A DNA stretch of 64,000 nucleotides, taken from a virus (Duplodnaviria > Caudoviricetes). The position numbers and the translations under genes were made by a program. The stretch spans positions 96,001 through 160,000 of IMG/VR virus record IMGVR_UViG_3300005614_001084, one strand, 5' to 3'. Positions within the stretch are counted from its first letter, which is position 1. Each line of letters starts with the position of its first letter. This document shows, one piece after another, positions 17,138 through 26,938 of the stretch. The notes beneath the pieces are model-generated. The model was given only the letters and a program-made list of their open reading frames with translations. It was not told the DNA's origin and did not search any database.

Positions 17138-17510
17138 TCTCTTCCTGCATCTTCGTGATCCAGACACGTAGCGCTCGCGCCTCGGGCACTGTCATGCGAT
17201 GGCGAAGACTCGACTCTTGGTCCAGCGCCTCGACTATCTTGGCCGCCACGAGATCACCCAGCGTACCAGACATCTCGATGCGGTTCCGCTCTCCGTCCAT
17301 CTGACGCACGGAGATAAGCACGCCCGTGATCTTGCCACCGCTGCGCATGTAAGACATACGCGTACGGATCTTCGTGGCGTTCTCGATGTTGTCCTGCCAC
17401 GCCATGGCCGCAGCATCTTCGATGATGTCGACCAGCTCGTGGCCAGGAAACATCACACTCGGGCGATCTTTACCCTTGGCCTTCGTCACCCGATCGTACA
17501 GTTCTTTCAC
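17103..17510 (-). CDS. hypothetical protein
   Basis: Coupled ORF. Confidence 0.65.
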   Translation of the reverse strand: MKELYDRVTKAKGKDRPSVMFPGHELVDIIEDAAAMAWQDNIENATKIRTRMSYMRSGGKITGVLISVRQMDGERNRIEMSGTLGDLVAAKIVEALDQESSLRHRMTVPEARALRVWITKMQEENARAEPARTPT

Positions 17511-17770
17511 TTCTTACCTCTTGGGTCTCTTGCCCAGCCTTTCGGTGGCGGGGGTGGAGGTGGAGGGTCCGGGGCGTTCTGCGGCCGCATGTCCTCCTTC
17601 CCGCACCGAGGACAGCACGCGTCCTGCCCCATCCCCTGCGTCGGCAGGGGTTCGTTGATCGGCCACGGGTACGCTGGCATGTGGAGCATCCTGAATGCCC
17701 CACAGCTTCCGCACTTCAGCTTGAAGAGGAACCGGTAGTCCTGATCCTTCGGGTCCGACACCACTGCCAC
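17507..17770 (-). CDS. Zn-ribbon protein
   Basis: CGSC...CPRC; overlaps alternative ORF 17514-17963. Confidence 0.5.
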   Translation of the reverse strand: MAVVSDPKDQDYRFLFKLKCGSCGAFRMLHMPAYPWPINEPLPTQGMGQDACCPRCGKEDMRPQNAPDPPPPPPPPKGWARDPRGKK

Positions 17771-17859
17771 CTTTCAGGAGGCCACCTTCGAGGATGTAGG
17801 CTTCGAGCCAGTGCCCAGCCATCTGCTTCGCACGGTCGATGAGCTGAGTGATTTCTCGC

Positions 17860-18387
17860 TCAGCTTTCTCGGCCAACGTAAAACACGGCGTGCAGATGAG
17901 TATCTTGCCGAAGATCTTTGTTGAGGTCGCGCTCAACTCGTTTCCGCACGACATGCACCGCATCTGTGGTCTCCTTTGCCATCTCTACCACGAGACGCAG
18001 CCCAGCGGCGAGGTAAGGCCAGTTCGCGTAGTGATCCCGCCGAAAGACCGGGCGCTCCTTCGTGCCTACCACCGCATCTCGATCTATGCCGTAATACACC
18101 ACGAATGCCTGCGCTCGATCATAGACTTGATGACGCTCTGACTTCTCCTTCGACCCCTTGGGCCCTGTCTTGGGAGGAAGAAGTACGGACTGCTTGATCT
18201 CCTCGTACGTGATGCTCGGCGGAGGCGCGACGTCCGCATGGACGTACGTCAACCACTCCCGAAGACCCCAGGTGTCCGGCAGCTCGTCGAGGATGCGCCA
18301 CGCCATTCTCCACGCCTGCCAGTCGAAGGGATCAAACAGATCACCAGTACGAGGGATTGTCGAGGGCCAACTTGATAGCGATCGCAT
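17860..18387 (-). CDS. hypothetical protein
   Basis: ORF in operon. Confidence 0.55.
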   Translation of the reverse strand: MRSLSSWPSTIPRTGDLFDPFDWQAWRMAWRILDELPDTWGLREWLTYVHADVAPPPSITYEEIKQSVLLPPKTGPKGSKEKSERHQVYDRAQAFVVYYGIDRDAVVGTKERPVFRRDHYANWPYLAAGLRLVVEMAKETTDAVHVVRKRVERDLNKDLRQDTHLHAVFYVGRES

Positions 18388-18679
18388 GCCACCTCGCCAT
18401 GATGAAGCCGGGGTACTCTTCGCCCGCCCAGGCGATCAATCGTCTGATCGCCGTCTCCACATGTTCGTTGTCACAGAAAAGAAGATCGAGATCGGTATAC
18501 CGAAGCTGCTCATCCATGTCGCTCCGTGAGGGCAGGAGGAAGCCCAGGGGTTTACCCATGGCCTCCAACCAGCCCTCACGGTCCACGTACAGCTCAGTCC
18601 ACCTTGCGGTGTAGTGAGCTACGAGGTGAGCGATCTGGATTGCTTCGGCGTCGAACTCATCCGTATCGACGGACGACAT
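18341..18679 (-). CDS. hypothetical protein
   Basis: ORF in operon. Confidence 0.6.
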   Translation of the reverse strand: MSSVDTDEFDAEAIQIAHLVAHYTARWTELYVDREGWLEAMGKPLGFLLPSRSDMDEQLRYTDLDLLFCDNEHVETAIRRLIAWAGEEYPGFIMARWHAIAIKLALDNPSYW

Positions 18680-19211
18680 CGTCCACCGACTTCAGAGCCG
18701 CGATGCCCATGTAGTGCACCGCCTCCGACTTCGACGCCTCCATGCCGGCACGGATGACCGTGGCGGCATCGTTGGCGTAGCCGAGATAGGCGTTGCGCCC
18801 CCAGCTCGGAGGATCGGTGATGAGGTCGGCGACGTTCGACCACTTGTCCGCGATCTTGATGATGCGGCCGGAGTCGTTCATCTGCTTCATGACGTCGGAT
18901 TGGTGCTTCGTCTTGGCGACGTAGTCGTCTCCGATGCTCTTCGGCAGTGTGAGCCACCCCACGATGAGAGCGACTTCCGGATCGAAGAACTTCTCGATCT
19001 CGGGGATCGTGACCGCGGTGTCCTCAACAGTGTCGTGCAGCAGGGCGCCGCAAAGCACCACCGGCGCCGTCACACCGAACGACTCCACACGCCGGGCGAC
19101 GTCCATCACGTGAGTGACGTAGGGCACGCCCTTGCCTCCGCGCTTCTGATTGGCGTGGGCGGTGGCGGCGAACTTCGCCGCCTCCCACACCGAGTTCCGA
19201 TCGACGCTCAT
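18657..19211 (-). CDS. small alarmone hydrolase (RelA/SpoT HD domain, Mesh1-like)
   Basis: AHANQKR..PYVTH..ALLHDTVEDT..IKIADKWSN. Confidence 0.88.
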   Translation of the reverse strand: MSVDRNSVWEAAKFAATAHANQKRGGKGVPYVTHVMDVARRVESFGVTAPVVLCGALLHDTVEDTAVTIPEIEKFFDPEVALIVGWLTLPKSIGDDYVAKTKHQSDVMKQMNDSGRIIKIADKWSNVADLITDPPSWGRNAYLGYANDAATVIRAGMEASKSEAVHYMGIAALKSVDDVVRRYG

Positions 19212-19657
19212 TCCGCCGCGCTCGTCTTCTGCGGCGCCGCGGCCTCCGCACGAGCCACGGCACGGCCGAGCTGCTTCTCCAGGTTCGCGGTGAGCGCGCC
19301 CTTGGCCGACTTGATGGCGTTGTTGTGCGCCACCTTCGCCTCGGCCGACGCCTTCTGGAGCGCGATGATGAACTCCGTCACGCGCTCGTCCGGCATGTGG
19401 CTGGTCGGGATGAACTTCTCGTCCACCTCCCAGCCGATCTTGTAGCTGAACTTCACGCGGTCGACCCCGTTCTTGTGGTCGAAGCCGGCCGAAGCGATCT
19501 CGACCAGAACGGCGGCCTTACGGCGCGCCTTCTCCTTCACGTGCTCGGGGAGGTTGTCGGGGACCACGGGATCCGGCCCGGTGAAGACGGCGAGCGGCCT
19601 CCACTCCAGCGGCGGACGTTGCAGACGAGTGGCGTTGCTGCGGCTGTTGTTACCCAT
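19208..19657 (-). CDS. hypothetical protein
   Basis: ORF. Confidence 0.65.
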   Translation of the reverse strand: MGNNSRSNATRLQRPPLEWRPLAVFTGPDPVVPDNLPEHVKEKARRKAAVLVEIASAGFDHKNGVDRVKFSYKIGWEVDEKFIPTSHMPDERVTEFIIALQKASAEAKVAHNNAIKSAKGALTANLEKQLGRAVARAEAAAPQKTSAAE

Positions 19658-19683
19658 GTTCTCTCTTTCGGTTCGTTGTTGGA

Positions 19684-20196
19684 TCAGCGCGGAATCTTCG
19701 GATAGGTACGAAGGAAGTGGTCGACGAGGGAGCCGGTCGTGCCCTCTTCCTTGGGGAAGGGCACGACCGGTCTGTTCGGGAACCTCGCCTCTCGCCCCTC
19801 GGGCGTAATGAGCGCATCCTCGGGCCGGTCGATCTTGAAGCTGAAGTGTGCCCGGAAGAACGGCACCTCGATCGCCATGAGGTAGCGGCGGTTCATGTCA
19901 CGGGCGAGGCGCTTCGCCGTGAGCCGACGATGGCGAGCGCGCTTCATCGCGACGAGCTGCTGAAGACCAGGAGCCTCCCGGTCCCCGAACCCGGTCAGCA
20001 GGCAGTTCTTCCAGTCGAGGCTCGCCGACCGAGCTTCGTGGGACGCCTTCTGGAGCGCCCGGCGCGCGTTGTCGATCTCGATGCGCTGACGCTCCGACCT
20101 TCGATGCTGCGCCGCCTCCGGTAGAACACCGCGATTCTGACGGCCGGTCTGCCTCATGTAGTCGTTTCTGAGGCGCTTGTATTGATCCCAGTCCAT
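19684..20196 (-). CDS. hypothetical basic protein
   Basis: CTATCAG + GGAGG. Confidence 0.7.
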   Translation of the reverse strand: MDWDQYKRLRNDYMRQTGRQNRGVLPEAAQHRRSERQRIEIDNARRALQKASHEARSASLDWKNCLLTGFGDREAPGLQQLVAMKRARHRRLTAKRLARDMNRRYLMAIEVPFFRAHFSFKIDRPEDALITPEGREARFPNRPVVPFPKEEGTTGSLVDHFLRTYPKIPR

Positions 20197-20223
20197 GGTT
20201 CCTCCACGAACTGATAGCTGATC

Positions 20224-20991
20224 TCAACGCTTCTTCTTCGACTCTTCTCGGTCTTTCCGTAGCTGCGCCGTGATCTCAGGATACGCGATGTGGGGCGGAG
20301 GATTGTGCTTCCTGTAGTCGGCCTCGGTACCGAGACGATACGTCATGAACTTGCCGTCCCGGACTCCCGTGGCCACGATCCAGCCACCATTCCGCCACCG
20401 CGTCACATCGATCTTATGCTGACGGAAGTCAGCCAAGGTACAGTGCCCCTTCTCCTCGATGTAGAGAATCAGCTTGATGCTGCTCACCTTCCACGGAGAG
20501 ATGGTGCTGGGGCTCTTCACACCCGCTGGTGTCCAGATCACGGTATCGGGCTTCCACGCAGGAGCATCGTAGTACGTCCGAAAGGTCTCGGGGATGCTGC
20601 TGAGAAGGTGATCGACGCCCGGTCTGTGCTCCACCACCGCCCTACCCGTGGAATAGGACGTACGATCCTTGGAAGCGGAGAAGAGCACGATGTTGAGGCG
20701 GCGACACAGCGACGCAAACTCCTTGGTGGCGAACGGCACCAGCACGGCGTGGAAGTTCGGGCCTGCCTCGCCCCAGTCCTTCGGCATCGCCTGGAACAAC
20801 ACCTCGATGTTGCAGTGCACCTTCGCCTCTACTCCGATTTGATCTCCGGGACGCGTACCACGCGTCTGCACCCTGTCGGTAGCTACCAGAAGAAGATCGA
20901 AGCCAGTCTCCGGATACACCTCCCAGCCCTGCTCTCTGGCCCGAGCAACGAAGGCTTCGCAGAGCGCAGCTTCACTGTGATACAGCTTCAT
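20224..20991 (-). CDS. PD-(D/E)xK nuclease-like protein
   Basis: EVYPE..FDLLLV..IGVEAK. Confidence 0.55.
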   Translation of the reverse strand: MKLYHSEAALCEAFVARAREQGWEVYPETGFDLLLVATDRVQTRGTRPGDQIGVEAKVHCNIEVLFQAMPKDWGEAGPNFHAVLVPFATKEFASLCRRLNIVLFSASKDRTSYSTGRAVVEHRPGVDHLLSSIPETFRTYYDAPAWKPDTVIWTPAGVKSPSTISPWKVSSIKLILYIEEKGHCTLADFRQHKIDVTRWRNGGWIVATGVRDGKFMTYRLGTEADYRKHNPPPHIAYPEITAQLRKDREESKKKR

Positions 20992-21037
20992 AGATCAAAT
21001 GAAAAGGGCGGCCGAAGCCGCCCCATTCCTCCTTGGT

Positions 21038-21724
21038 TCAGTCCCTACATCGATCGGCCGTGTAGACCTGAACCCTACTCCCACCTGTCCCTGTCATCAT
21101 GACCGGTCGGTAGCACCGAACCGCATCCTGATCGAGAGCGTAGAAGTGATTGTTCAGTAGCACGAAGCCGTCGTCTACCACCGAGGCGATCACCCGCGGC
21201 ATCGGAATGCCTCGATGCGGGTTACCGTCGTCTGTCGAGCCCCAGTTCATCGCACCGGGCAACGGGTCGCGTAGCGCGCCGGTCTCGAACAGCGTGACGG
21301 TCTCTCTCGCATAGTCCCAGTCGTCGACCCAGTTCCTCCAATCCGTCTGCTCGGGATCCATGCCGGGGTTGGTCTCCATCGTTCCCCACGGCAACGCACG
21401 CACCCAAGTCTGGTGCGGCGAAGGGGACGACGTGCGGTGCACGGCACAATAGTCTCGAATCTGATCTTCGAAACTGTAGGTGGAACCGGGATGCATCCGC
21501 AGATACCGGCGCCACCTTCGCAAGAGCACGTAGGCCATGGCTGCGTGCTCGGTCCGGTTCCTCCACCGATTCTCCGCCACGTAGCACTGCCCGAGCGCGA
21601 GCCGCGTGGAGTCGTTCCACGAGATGCTGGGCTCCGTACTGGCCTGTGCCTGGGCCTCCACGAGCCCGCTGCAAGCCAGCACGCTTCCCACGATCAAGAA
21701 CCCTAGGATCAATCTCATCACCAC
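21038..21724 (-). CDS. secreted SleB/Hydrolase_2-like cell wall hydrolase
   Basis: Signal peptide; LALGQCYVAE..AMAYVLLRR..DPLPGA..NHFY. Confidence 0.45.
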   Translation of the reverse strand: MVMRLILGFLIVGSVLACSGLVEAQAQASTEPSISWNDSTRLALGQCYVAENRWRNRTEHAAMAYVLLRRWRRYLRMHPGSTYSFEDQIRDYCAVHRTSSPSPHQTWVRALPWGTMETNPGMDPEQTDWRNWVDDWDYARETVTLFETGALRDPLPGAMNWGSTDDGNPHRGIPMPRVIASVVDDGFVLLNNHFYALDQDAVRCYRPVMMTGTGGSRVQVYTADRCRD

Positions 21725-21836
21725 TCTCCTTTTTCGATCTCAGCACCAATGCTGGGAACGCATGACGCCGTGAGGCATCGGAAGATGGGCACACCTTCCT
21801 ATGCCATCTGGATCCGTTTGTCCAGCCTACGGACGA

Positions 21837-22451
21837 TCAGTGTGTCCGCAAAGACACACCGGCGAGATTCTTTACGGGACGATGCCAGATCGTCTTTCCG
21901 TACTTCTCGATCGCTGCTTGATGCTCTGGAGTTCCGTAACCGGCGTTCAAGATCCACAGATATTCGGGATACAGAACACTCAGTTCAGCCATGCGATCGT
22001 TCCGCAAGGTCTTCGCCACGATGCTGGCCGCGCTCACCGCCGGAACGGTGGCATCAGCCTTCACCTGAAACTGTACTCGAACACCGGCCCGAAGAAGCTG
22101 ATCCTTCAGAGTCAGATCGACGTTGCCGTCTACGATGACTTCGGATTCCGCCCCAGACGGGAGTGCGCTCACCACGTGGATGATCGACGTGTACGCTGCT
22201 CGCCTCCACGCCTCTTTTTGCCCATGGCTCTTGATGTCCTGCACCTCGGCGAAGGCGCAGAACCCAACCACCGCTACCTCCACGATCTCATCCACCAGCT
22301 TGCGCCGCCGGTCGTCGGATAGAACCTTGGAGTCCTTCACGCCCCGCTGCCGAAGCTGCGCCTGGTCCTCGGCGTAAAGCGCCAGCGCGCACACCGTGAA
22401 GGGACCTGCCCAGGCTCCGGTGCCTGACTCATCTACGCCGATGACGATCAT
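21837..22451 (-). CDS. rnhB: ribonuclease HII
   Basis: GVDESG, VKDSK, IVDG, KAD, VSAASIVAK, GYGTPEH. Confidence 0.93.
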   Translation of the reverse strand: MIVIGVDESGTGAWAGPFTVCALALYAEDQAQLRQRGVKDSKVLSDDRRRKLVDEIVEVAVVGFCAFAEVQDIKSHGQKEAWRRAAYTSIIHVVSALPSGAESEVIVDGNVDLTLKDQLLRAGVRVQFQVKADATVPAVSAASIVAKTLRNDRMAELSVLYPEYLWILNAGYGTPEHQAAIEKYGKTIWHRPVKNLAGVSLRTH

Positions 22452-22933
22452 CGGTGATCCGGGATCTCGACCGAGTACACCGACCAGAGGTCGAGCACCG
22501 CGTGTGACTTGATGTCGTCGCGCGGCTTGCCGACCCTGTACGGCAGAGCATGACCGAGGTTGGGCGCGATGAGCTGAACCTGCGGAAGCCTGGAGCAGGC
22601 ATAGGGGTCGAGGATGCAGGGCGTGCTGTCATCGTCCTGGATCACCAACCACGAGTGTTCGACCGGCCCGTAGTGACCGTCGTAGACCATCACGGTTAGG
22701 TGCGGCTCCGCACGTTCGAGAGCGCGCCGGGCCAGGCGCGCGATCTCGTGGCAGCGGATAGGCTCCTTGTCAACCAGATCGGGAAGAAGCTCAACGAGCC
22801 TCGCCACCACTCTCATCGACCGGATATACGACAGGGGAAAGATCCGGCTCTCGCTGTAGCTCTGCATGATGAACTCCGTGTAGGTACCAGCCGGCCGCCA
22901 CACCGGCGTCGAAGATCGCGAAGGCGAGGACAA
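22448..22933 (-). CDS. hypothetical protein (start uncertain)
   Basis: C..EHSW..ILDP transglutaminase-like pattern. Confidence 0.55.
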   Translation of the reverse strand: MSSPSRSSTPVWRPAGTYTEFIMQSYSESRIFPLSYIRSMRVVARLVELLPDLVDKEPIRCHEIARLARRALERAEPHLTVMVYDGHYGPVEHSWLVIQDDDSTPCILDPYACSRLPQVQLIAPNLGHALPYRVGKPRDDIKSHAVLDLWSVYSVEIPDHR

Positions 22934-23222
22934 GAGTGGCGTAGCGTTTCAATCGCCTGACGTCGTGCTTGAAGCGGAACTCGATGTTCCGTGCTCGGTA
23001 CCAGCGACGCCACCACTCACGGGTGAAACGTCGCGGCGGCAGCTCGATGAACCGCTGGTACGCGAAGTGTTGTTCGATCTTGGCCATCGTCACGTTCATG
23101 GCCGCAATGTCTGCGGGCGTCCACGCGCGCACGGGCCCAGGGTAGCGATAGAACTGGGCGATGAACTCGTCCAGCTCAGCCTGTTCGATCTCCGTATCCA
23201 CGATCGGGGTCGTAGGGTTCAC
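22791..23222 (-). CDS. hypothetical protein with TM segment
   Basis: YATLVLAFAIFDAGVAAGWYL. Confidence 0.55.
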   Translation of the reverse strand: MNPTTPIVDTEIEQAELDEFIAQFYRYPGPVRAWTPADIAAMNVTMAKIEQHFAYQRFIELPPRRFTREWWRRWYRARNIEFRFKHDVRRLKRYATLVLAFAIFDAGVAAGWYLHGVHHAELQREPDLSPVVYPVDESGGEAR

Positions 23223-23826
23223 GTTGCACCTTCGGCAGCGTAGCTGCCTCCTTCATCATGGACACGAACCAGTGCGCCTGGATGCGCGCATCCTCGATCG
23301 CTATGTGTGGAAGATCGGTGTTCTGCTTCGGAAACCACTCCTTGGGCGAGCGCGAGCGCGAGGAGTCCGGGTAGTCGCGCCCGAGCAGCATCATGCTCAT
23401 CGTAGGCAGGTCGACTCCGCCGAGTCCGGCTTTGTTCTGCTCCGCCCACGCCGACCACTTCGCCCCGGCGAAGTCCATGAGGTAGCTGCGCAGGATCGGC
23501 ATGTCGTACGCCACGGGGTTGGCGACGAAGGCGATACGCTCGCCTTCGGCCGTGAAGTGCAGGATCCAATCCATGATCGCGTTCATACCCCACCACGGAT
23601 GCACGGGGTTGACGCGGCAGGCCTCGAAGACCTCCTTCGGCTGCGAATCCCACCACTGCCTGTAGTCGGGCTCCCAGATCCGCTTCTCCGGGATCCAGAG
23701 GTTGAAGCTCAGCTCACCCGCGCTCTCCCAGACACCGGAGCGGATGGCGACGGCGCCGAAGCTCAGCATCGGAGCGGTATCGGGCCTGCGCCCGCCGGTC
23801 TCCAGATCGAAGTTGAGATAGATCAT
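23176..23826 (-). CDS. DEDDh 3'-5' exonuclease
   Basis: FDLETGG, YD, HIAIEDA. Confidence 0.8.
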   Translation of the reverse strand: MIYLNFDLETGGRRPDTAPMLSFGAVAIRSGVWESAGELSFNLWIPEKRIWEPDYRQWWDSQPKEVFEACRVNPVHPWWGMNAIMDWILHFTAEGERIAFVANPVAYDMPILRSYLMDFAGAKWSAWAEQNKAGLGGVDLPTMSMMLLGRDYPDSSRSRSPKEWFPKQNTDLPHIAIEDARIQAHWFVSMMKEAATLPKVQREPYDPDRGYGDRTG

Positions 23827-24056
23827 GTCGAGGCCTCCCGATACTTCGCATGCGCAAGATCAGCATGATGCTTACGCCAGTCAGTCGGATCTTCTCCGGC
23901 TTTCCACGCCCGGCGCAGCTCACGTTGCGGGTCGTACGGATACGAGTAGCCGTAGGCGAACACGTACCCTGGAGTGGTGGGCTCCACGCCTGCCGCGTAC
24001 GCCCACTCTTCCCAGGTCAGCCCCTCGACGTTGGTTCTAGAAGCGCTTGTTCCCAT
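23823..24056 (-). CDS. hypothetical protein
   Basis: Coupled ORF. Confidence 0.6.
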   Translation of the reverse strand: MGTSASRTNVEGLTWEEWAYAAGVEPTTPGYVFAYGYSYPYDPQRELRRAWKAGEDPTDWRKHHADLAHAKYREAST

Positions 24057-24588
24057 GACGGTAGGACCTCGTCTCGTTGAAGGTGTGCTTCATGCGCGTC
24101 AGCTCTCGTACGTCGTAGCCCATGGCGTACAACAGATCACAAGCGCGGATGACTGCGTCGATGACCTCGATACCGAAGCCAAGCGGCTTCGACTTGCGGC
24201 ACAGCGCCACCACCAGGGCGCCCCGCAACGCCCAACGCTCGATGCTGGTGGGATCGGAAGCGTCGCCTTGAAGCCCGAGATACGCGATGAGGCTGGACAG
24301 CTTCTCGTTCGCGTTCTCGGACTTCAGGTACGCGGCGTCGAGCAGCGCCTCCAACTCTTTGAGGTGAAGGGTGCCCCACCCCTCCAGCTCCCACCTCGTG
24401 TCCCACCGGTTGTAGCAAGCTTCCGCAGTAGCTTCGCCGATCTCCGTGACGATCATCAGAAGCTTGGTCGGCACCACCGCCTTCACAAGCTCGACGCGCA
24501 AGATGCCGTCGATGATCTCGTCTTTCCACCACCCCTTGTCCACCGCGACTCGATGGATCTCCTTCGACCAGTCCGTGATCTGATTCAT
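24037..24588 (-). CDS. MazG-like NTP pyrophosphohydrolase
   Basis: LMIVTEIGEA..EVIDAVIR..KHTFNETRSYRHG. Confidence 0.75.
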   Translation of the reverse strand: MNQITDWSKEIHRVAVDKGWWKDEIIDGILRVELVKAVVPTKLLMIVTEIGEATAEACYNRWDTRWELEGWGTLHLKELEALLDAAYLKSENANEKLSSLIAYLGLQGDASDPTSIERWALRGALVVALCRKSKPLGFGIEVIDAVIRACDLLYAMGYDVRELTRMKHTFNETRSYRHGNKRF

Positions 24589-24992
24589 ACCGCCTCCATC
24601 AACGCCGCGACGACACGGCGGAAGTCGTTCTCGTTGTCGAGGCAGCAGCTCTCCACCGAGTAGAGCGCGCGCTCGATCCTCGCCTTCTTCTCTTCCGTGG
24701 CTTTCCCGGTGAGCGGGTCCTGATCACCCAGAACCTCGACGAGTCCGACCGTCCCGTCCGGCTCCACGCGAAGCGTGGCGTCGGGGTTGTTGTCGTAGTT
24801 CTCGGACGGCTCGACGGCGATGTCGATGTGCGTGGGCTGAGCCTCGGTGTCGATGCTCCACGTCGGGACCTCACACGCCACGGCGTGGATGTCGCCGAGC
24901 CTCTCCTTCACCGTCTCGTGGTCCGGTGCCTGCACATCCAGGATGATCTCTTCCTTGATGTAGTGGGACAGGGTGACGCGAAAGCTGCTCAT
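24585..24992 (-). CDS. hypothetical protein
   Basis: GGAGG RBS. Confidence 0.7.
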   Translation of the reverse strand: MSSFRVTLSHYIKEEIILDVQAPDHETVKERLGDIHAVACEVPTWSIDTEAQPTHIDIAVEPSENYDNNPDATLRVEPDGTVGLVEVLGDQDPLTGKATEEKKARIERALYSVESCCLDNENDFRRVVAALMEAV

Positions 24993-25546
24993 GGTTCCTC
25001 CTCGAACAGATTGATCAAACGATGTGCCGCCGCATCACCACGGGGCGACTTCGGGAAGATGTCGAAGAACTCTCGACACCAGCGCTCGGCCCGGACTGCC
25101 TGGGGCGTACGTCGATTGCTGATCGGATCGAGCAGCCCGATACGACCGTCGTTCGGCGTCTCGAACCCGTACCCAGCGATCTCCAAGGAGTGCCAGAAAT
25201 CATCAACTACGATGTCTACACCGAGGCGGCGCAGTACTTCAATCGTGACCGCGAAGGTCTCGACCTCGTTCAGCTTCTGGTGGTACTCGGGCGTGCGCTG
25301 CATCAGAGCGGTGAGCTTCTCCATGCAGTCGTGGTCGTGAACGTCGATCCCGAGCAGCGTGCAGTGCGCCAGCTCGTGAATGATGTGCTCGACATCCATG
25401 AGGCGGAAGTCCTCCATGGCGACCAGCCCGTCGTCTCCCAGAAGCGCGATCCCCCTGGGCTCGGCAAACGGCGCGATCTTATCGTGCAGGCGCTGAATCT
25501 TCTCTTCGTGTAGACGCTTGATCTCCTCAACTTCCTCTTCAATCAC
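24989..25546 (-). CDS. HExxH metallopeptidase-like protein
   Basis: IIHELAHCTLLG. Confidence 0.6.
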   Translation of the reverse strand: MIEEEVEEIKRLHEEKIQRLHDKIAPFAEPRGIALLGDDGLVAMEDFRLMDVEHIIHELAHCTLLGIDVHDHDCMEKLTALMQRTPEYHQKLNEVETFAVTIEVLRRLGVDIVVDDFWHSLEIAGYGFETPNDGRIGLLDPISNRRTPQAVRAERWCREFFDIFPKSPRGDAAAHRLINLFEEEP

Positions 25547-25614
25547 AAGGCCTCCTCTGGCTGATAGGCAAAGAGCACGGGTGGATCACCCGTGCCCCAC
25601 CTACATCCTGATCT

Positions 25615-26652
25615 TCACCAGTTGACGGTGTAGGCCAGGACGCCGGTAGAGGAGTAGCACCGCAGGGTGCTGCCGCTGATGCAGAGACCACGGGCGGTCC
25701 AGTCGGTAGCGCTGCCGATCGGCCACGCCACAGCGTGATCGTGGAAGGCGCCATCGTCCGGAATCACGACATCACCAGGGCTTGGGCCCACGGTGGCGTC
25801 GCCGCAGTAGGTGCCCGACGAGTTGTGCGAACAGCTCATCGAGAAGCCGAGGATGTAGTGATCGCCAACCGGGCGTTCGAGCCCGAAGGCGCCGCCGGTG
25901 TCGTGGACGCAGGAGGCGCGGTGGCCATCGCTGTGGCAGGTTGCCGGAGGATTGAGATCGTAGGCTTCATCACCTACGGCACCGGCCCCGGTTTCACGCG
26001 GGAAGGTAGCGCTCACGGCGATCGGCTGCGTGAGGCCAGCGCCCCAGCGGGTGACCGAGCCGCCGTCAGTCCAGCACACCATCTCGCCCGCCGCACTGAG
26101 CCCACAACCCCGATCGAGGTCGCTGTACTCCGCGATGCTGTCGAGTATCAGCGTGCTGCTGCCATCGATCACCGCCACCATAGACGGCGTGTGGAACTCC
26201 GCGCACCACACCTCGTGGCCCCGGAGCGCGCAGGAGCCCGAGGCCGAGGCGAAGCCCGTCCCGAGCCGGCGGACGTCCTGGACCGGCGCCCAGCGCCCCC
26301 AGCACCACATCGTGCCGGCGCGGTCTAGCGCGCAGCGGCTGCCCGTGACGTCGACCGCTTCGCCTTCGGGGCGCGGCGGGCCGGCGTCGGCTTGGGCGTC
26401 CCGCCCTCCATCAGCTCCAACGTCACCAACGCTCGATCCAGCGTCCGCTGCGTCGGGTGGTAGTCCTGCATCAGCGCCGGGGTCTCCAGCGTCGGTGCCG
26501 GCGTCTTCTTGTGGCGCTTGCCACGCGTCTGCTTGGACTTGGCCATCACTCTCCATCCAGGCGTCGCCCATGACGCCTGCATCGGTCTGCGGTTGAAGAT
26601 TCATCTGCTCGGAACACCCGAGCAGGAGTAACGCGATCGTGAGTTGCTTCAT
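25615..26652 (-). CDS. lipoprotein with DAG-rich linker and RCC1-like repeats
   Basis: LLLLGC lipobox; DAG repeats; CALDRAGTMWCWG. Confidence 0.7.
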   Translation of the reverse strand: MKQLTIALLLLGCSEQMNLQPQTDAGVMGDAWMESDGQVQADAWQAPQEDAGTDAGDPGADAGLPPDAADAGSSVGDVGADGGRDAQADAGPPRPEGEAVDVTGSRCALDRAGTMWCWGRWAPVQDVRRLGTGFASASGSCALRGHEVWCAEFHTPSMVAVIDGSSTLILDSIAEYSDLDRGCGLSAAGEMVCWTDGGSVTRWGAGLTQPIAVSATFPRETGAGAVGDEAYDLNPPATCHSDGHRASCVHDTGGAFGLERPVGDHYILGFSMSCSHNSSGTYCGDATVGPSPGDVVIPDDGAFHDHAVAWPIGSATDWTARGLCISGSTLRCYSSTGVLAYTVNW

Positions 26653-26698
26653 GGGTTCCTCCTTCGATCGCTTATAGCCGGAATCCGGCCCTTCTTGA

Positions 26699-26938
26699 CT
26701 ACCGCAGCAGATCAACGCGATCAATGATCACGATGTCGGTGTGCGGCCTGTGAGAAATGGTGCGGCCGACGGGCGGCAGTTGCTGCGTGGTCCAGACGAC
26801 CACGCGATACTTCTTCGCCAGCTCCTTGAGATCAGAGGCGAGTGACTTCATCTCCGCGTAGTCTCTCACGCCAGCACCTGAAGCGCTTCCTGAAGCGTAA
26901 CACCCTTCGGTAGCGGGTCTGTGATCTTGCGCCGACAC
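26699..26938 (-). CDS. small protein resembling a DnaB-helicase fragment
   Basis: DLKELAKKYRVVVWTTQQL; DIVIIDRVDLL. Confidence 0.5.
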   Translation of the reverse strand: MSAQDHRPATEGCYASGSASGAGVRDYAEMKSLASDLKELAKKYRVVVWTTQQLPPVGRTISHRPHTDIVIIDRVDLLR

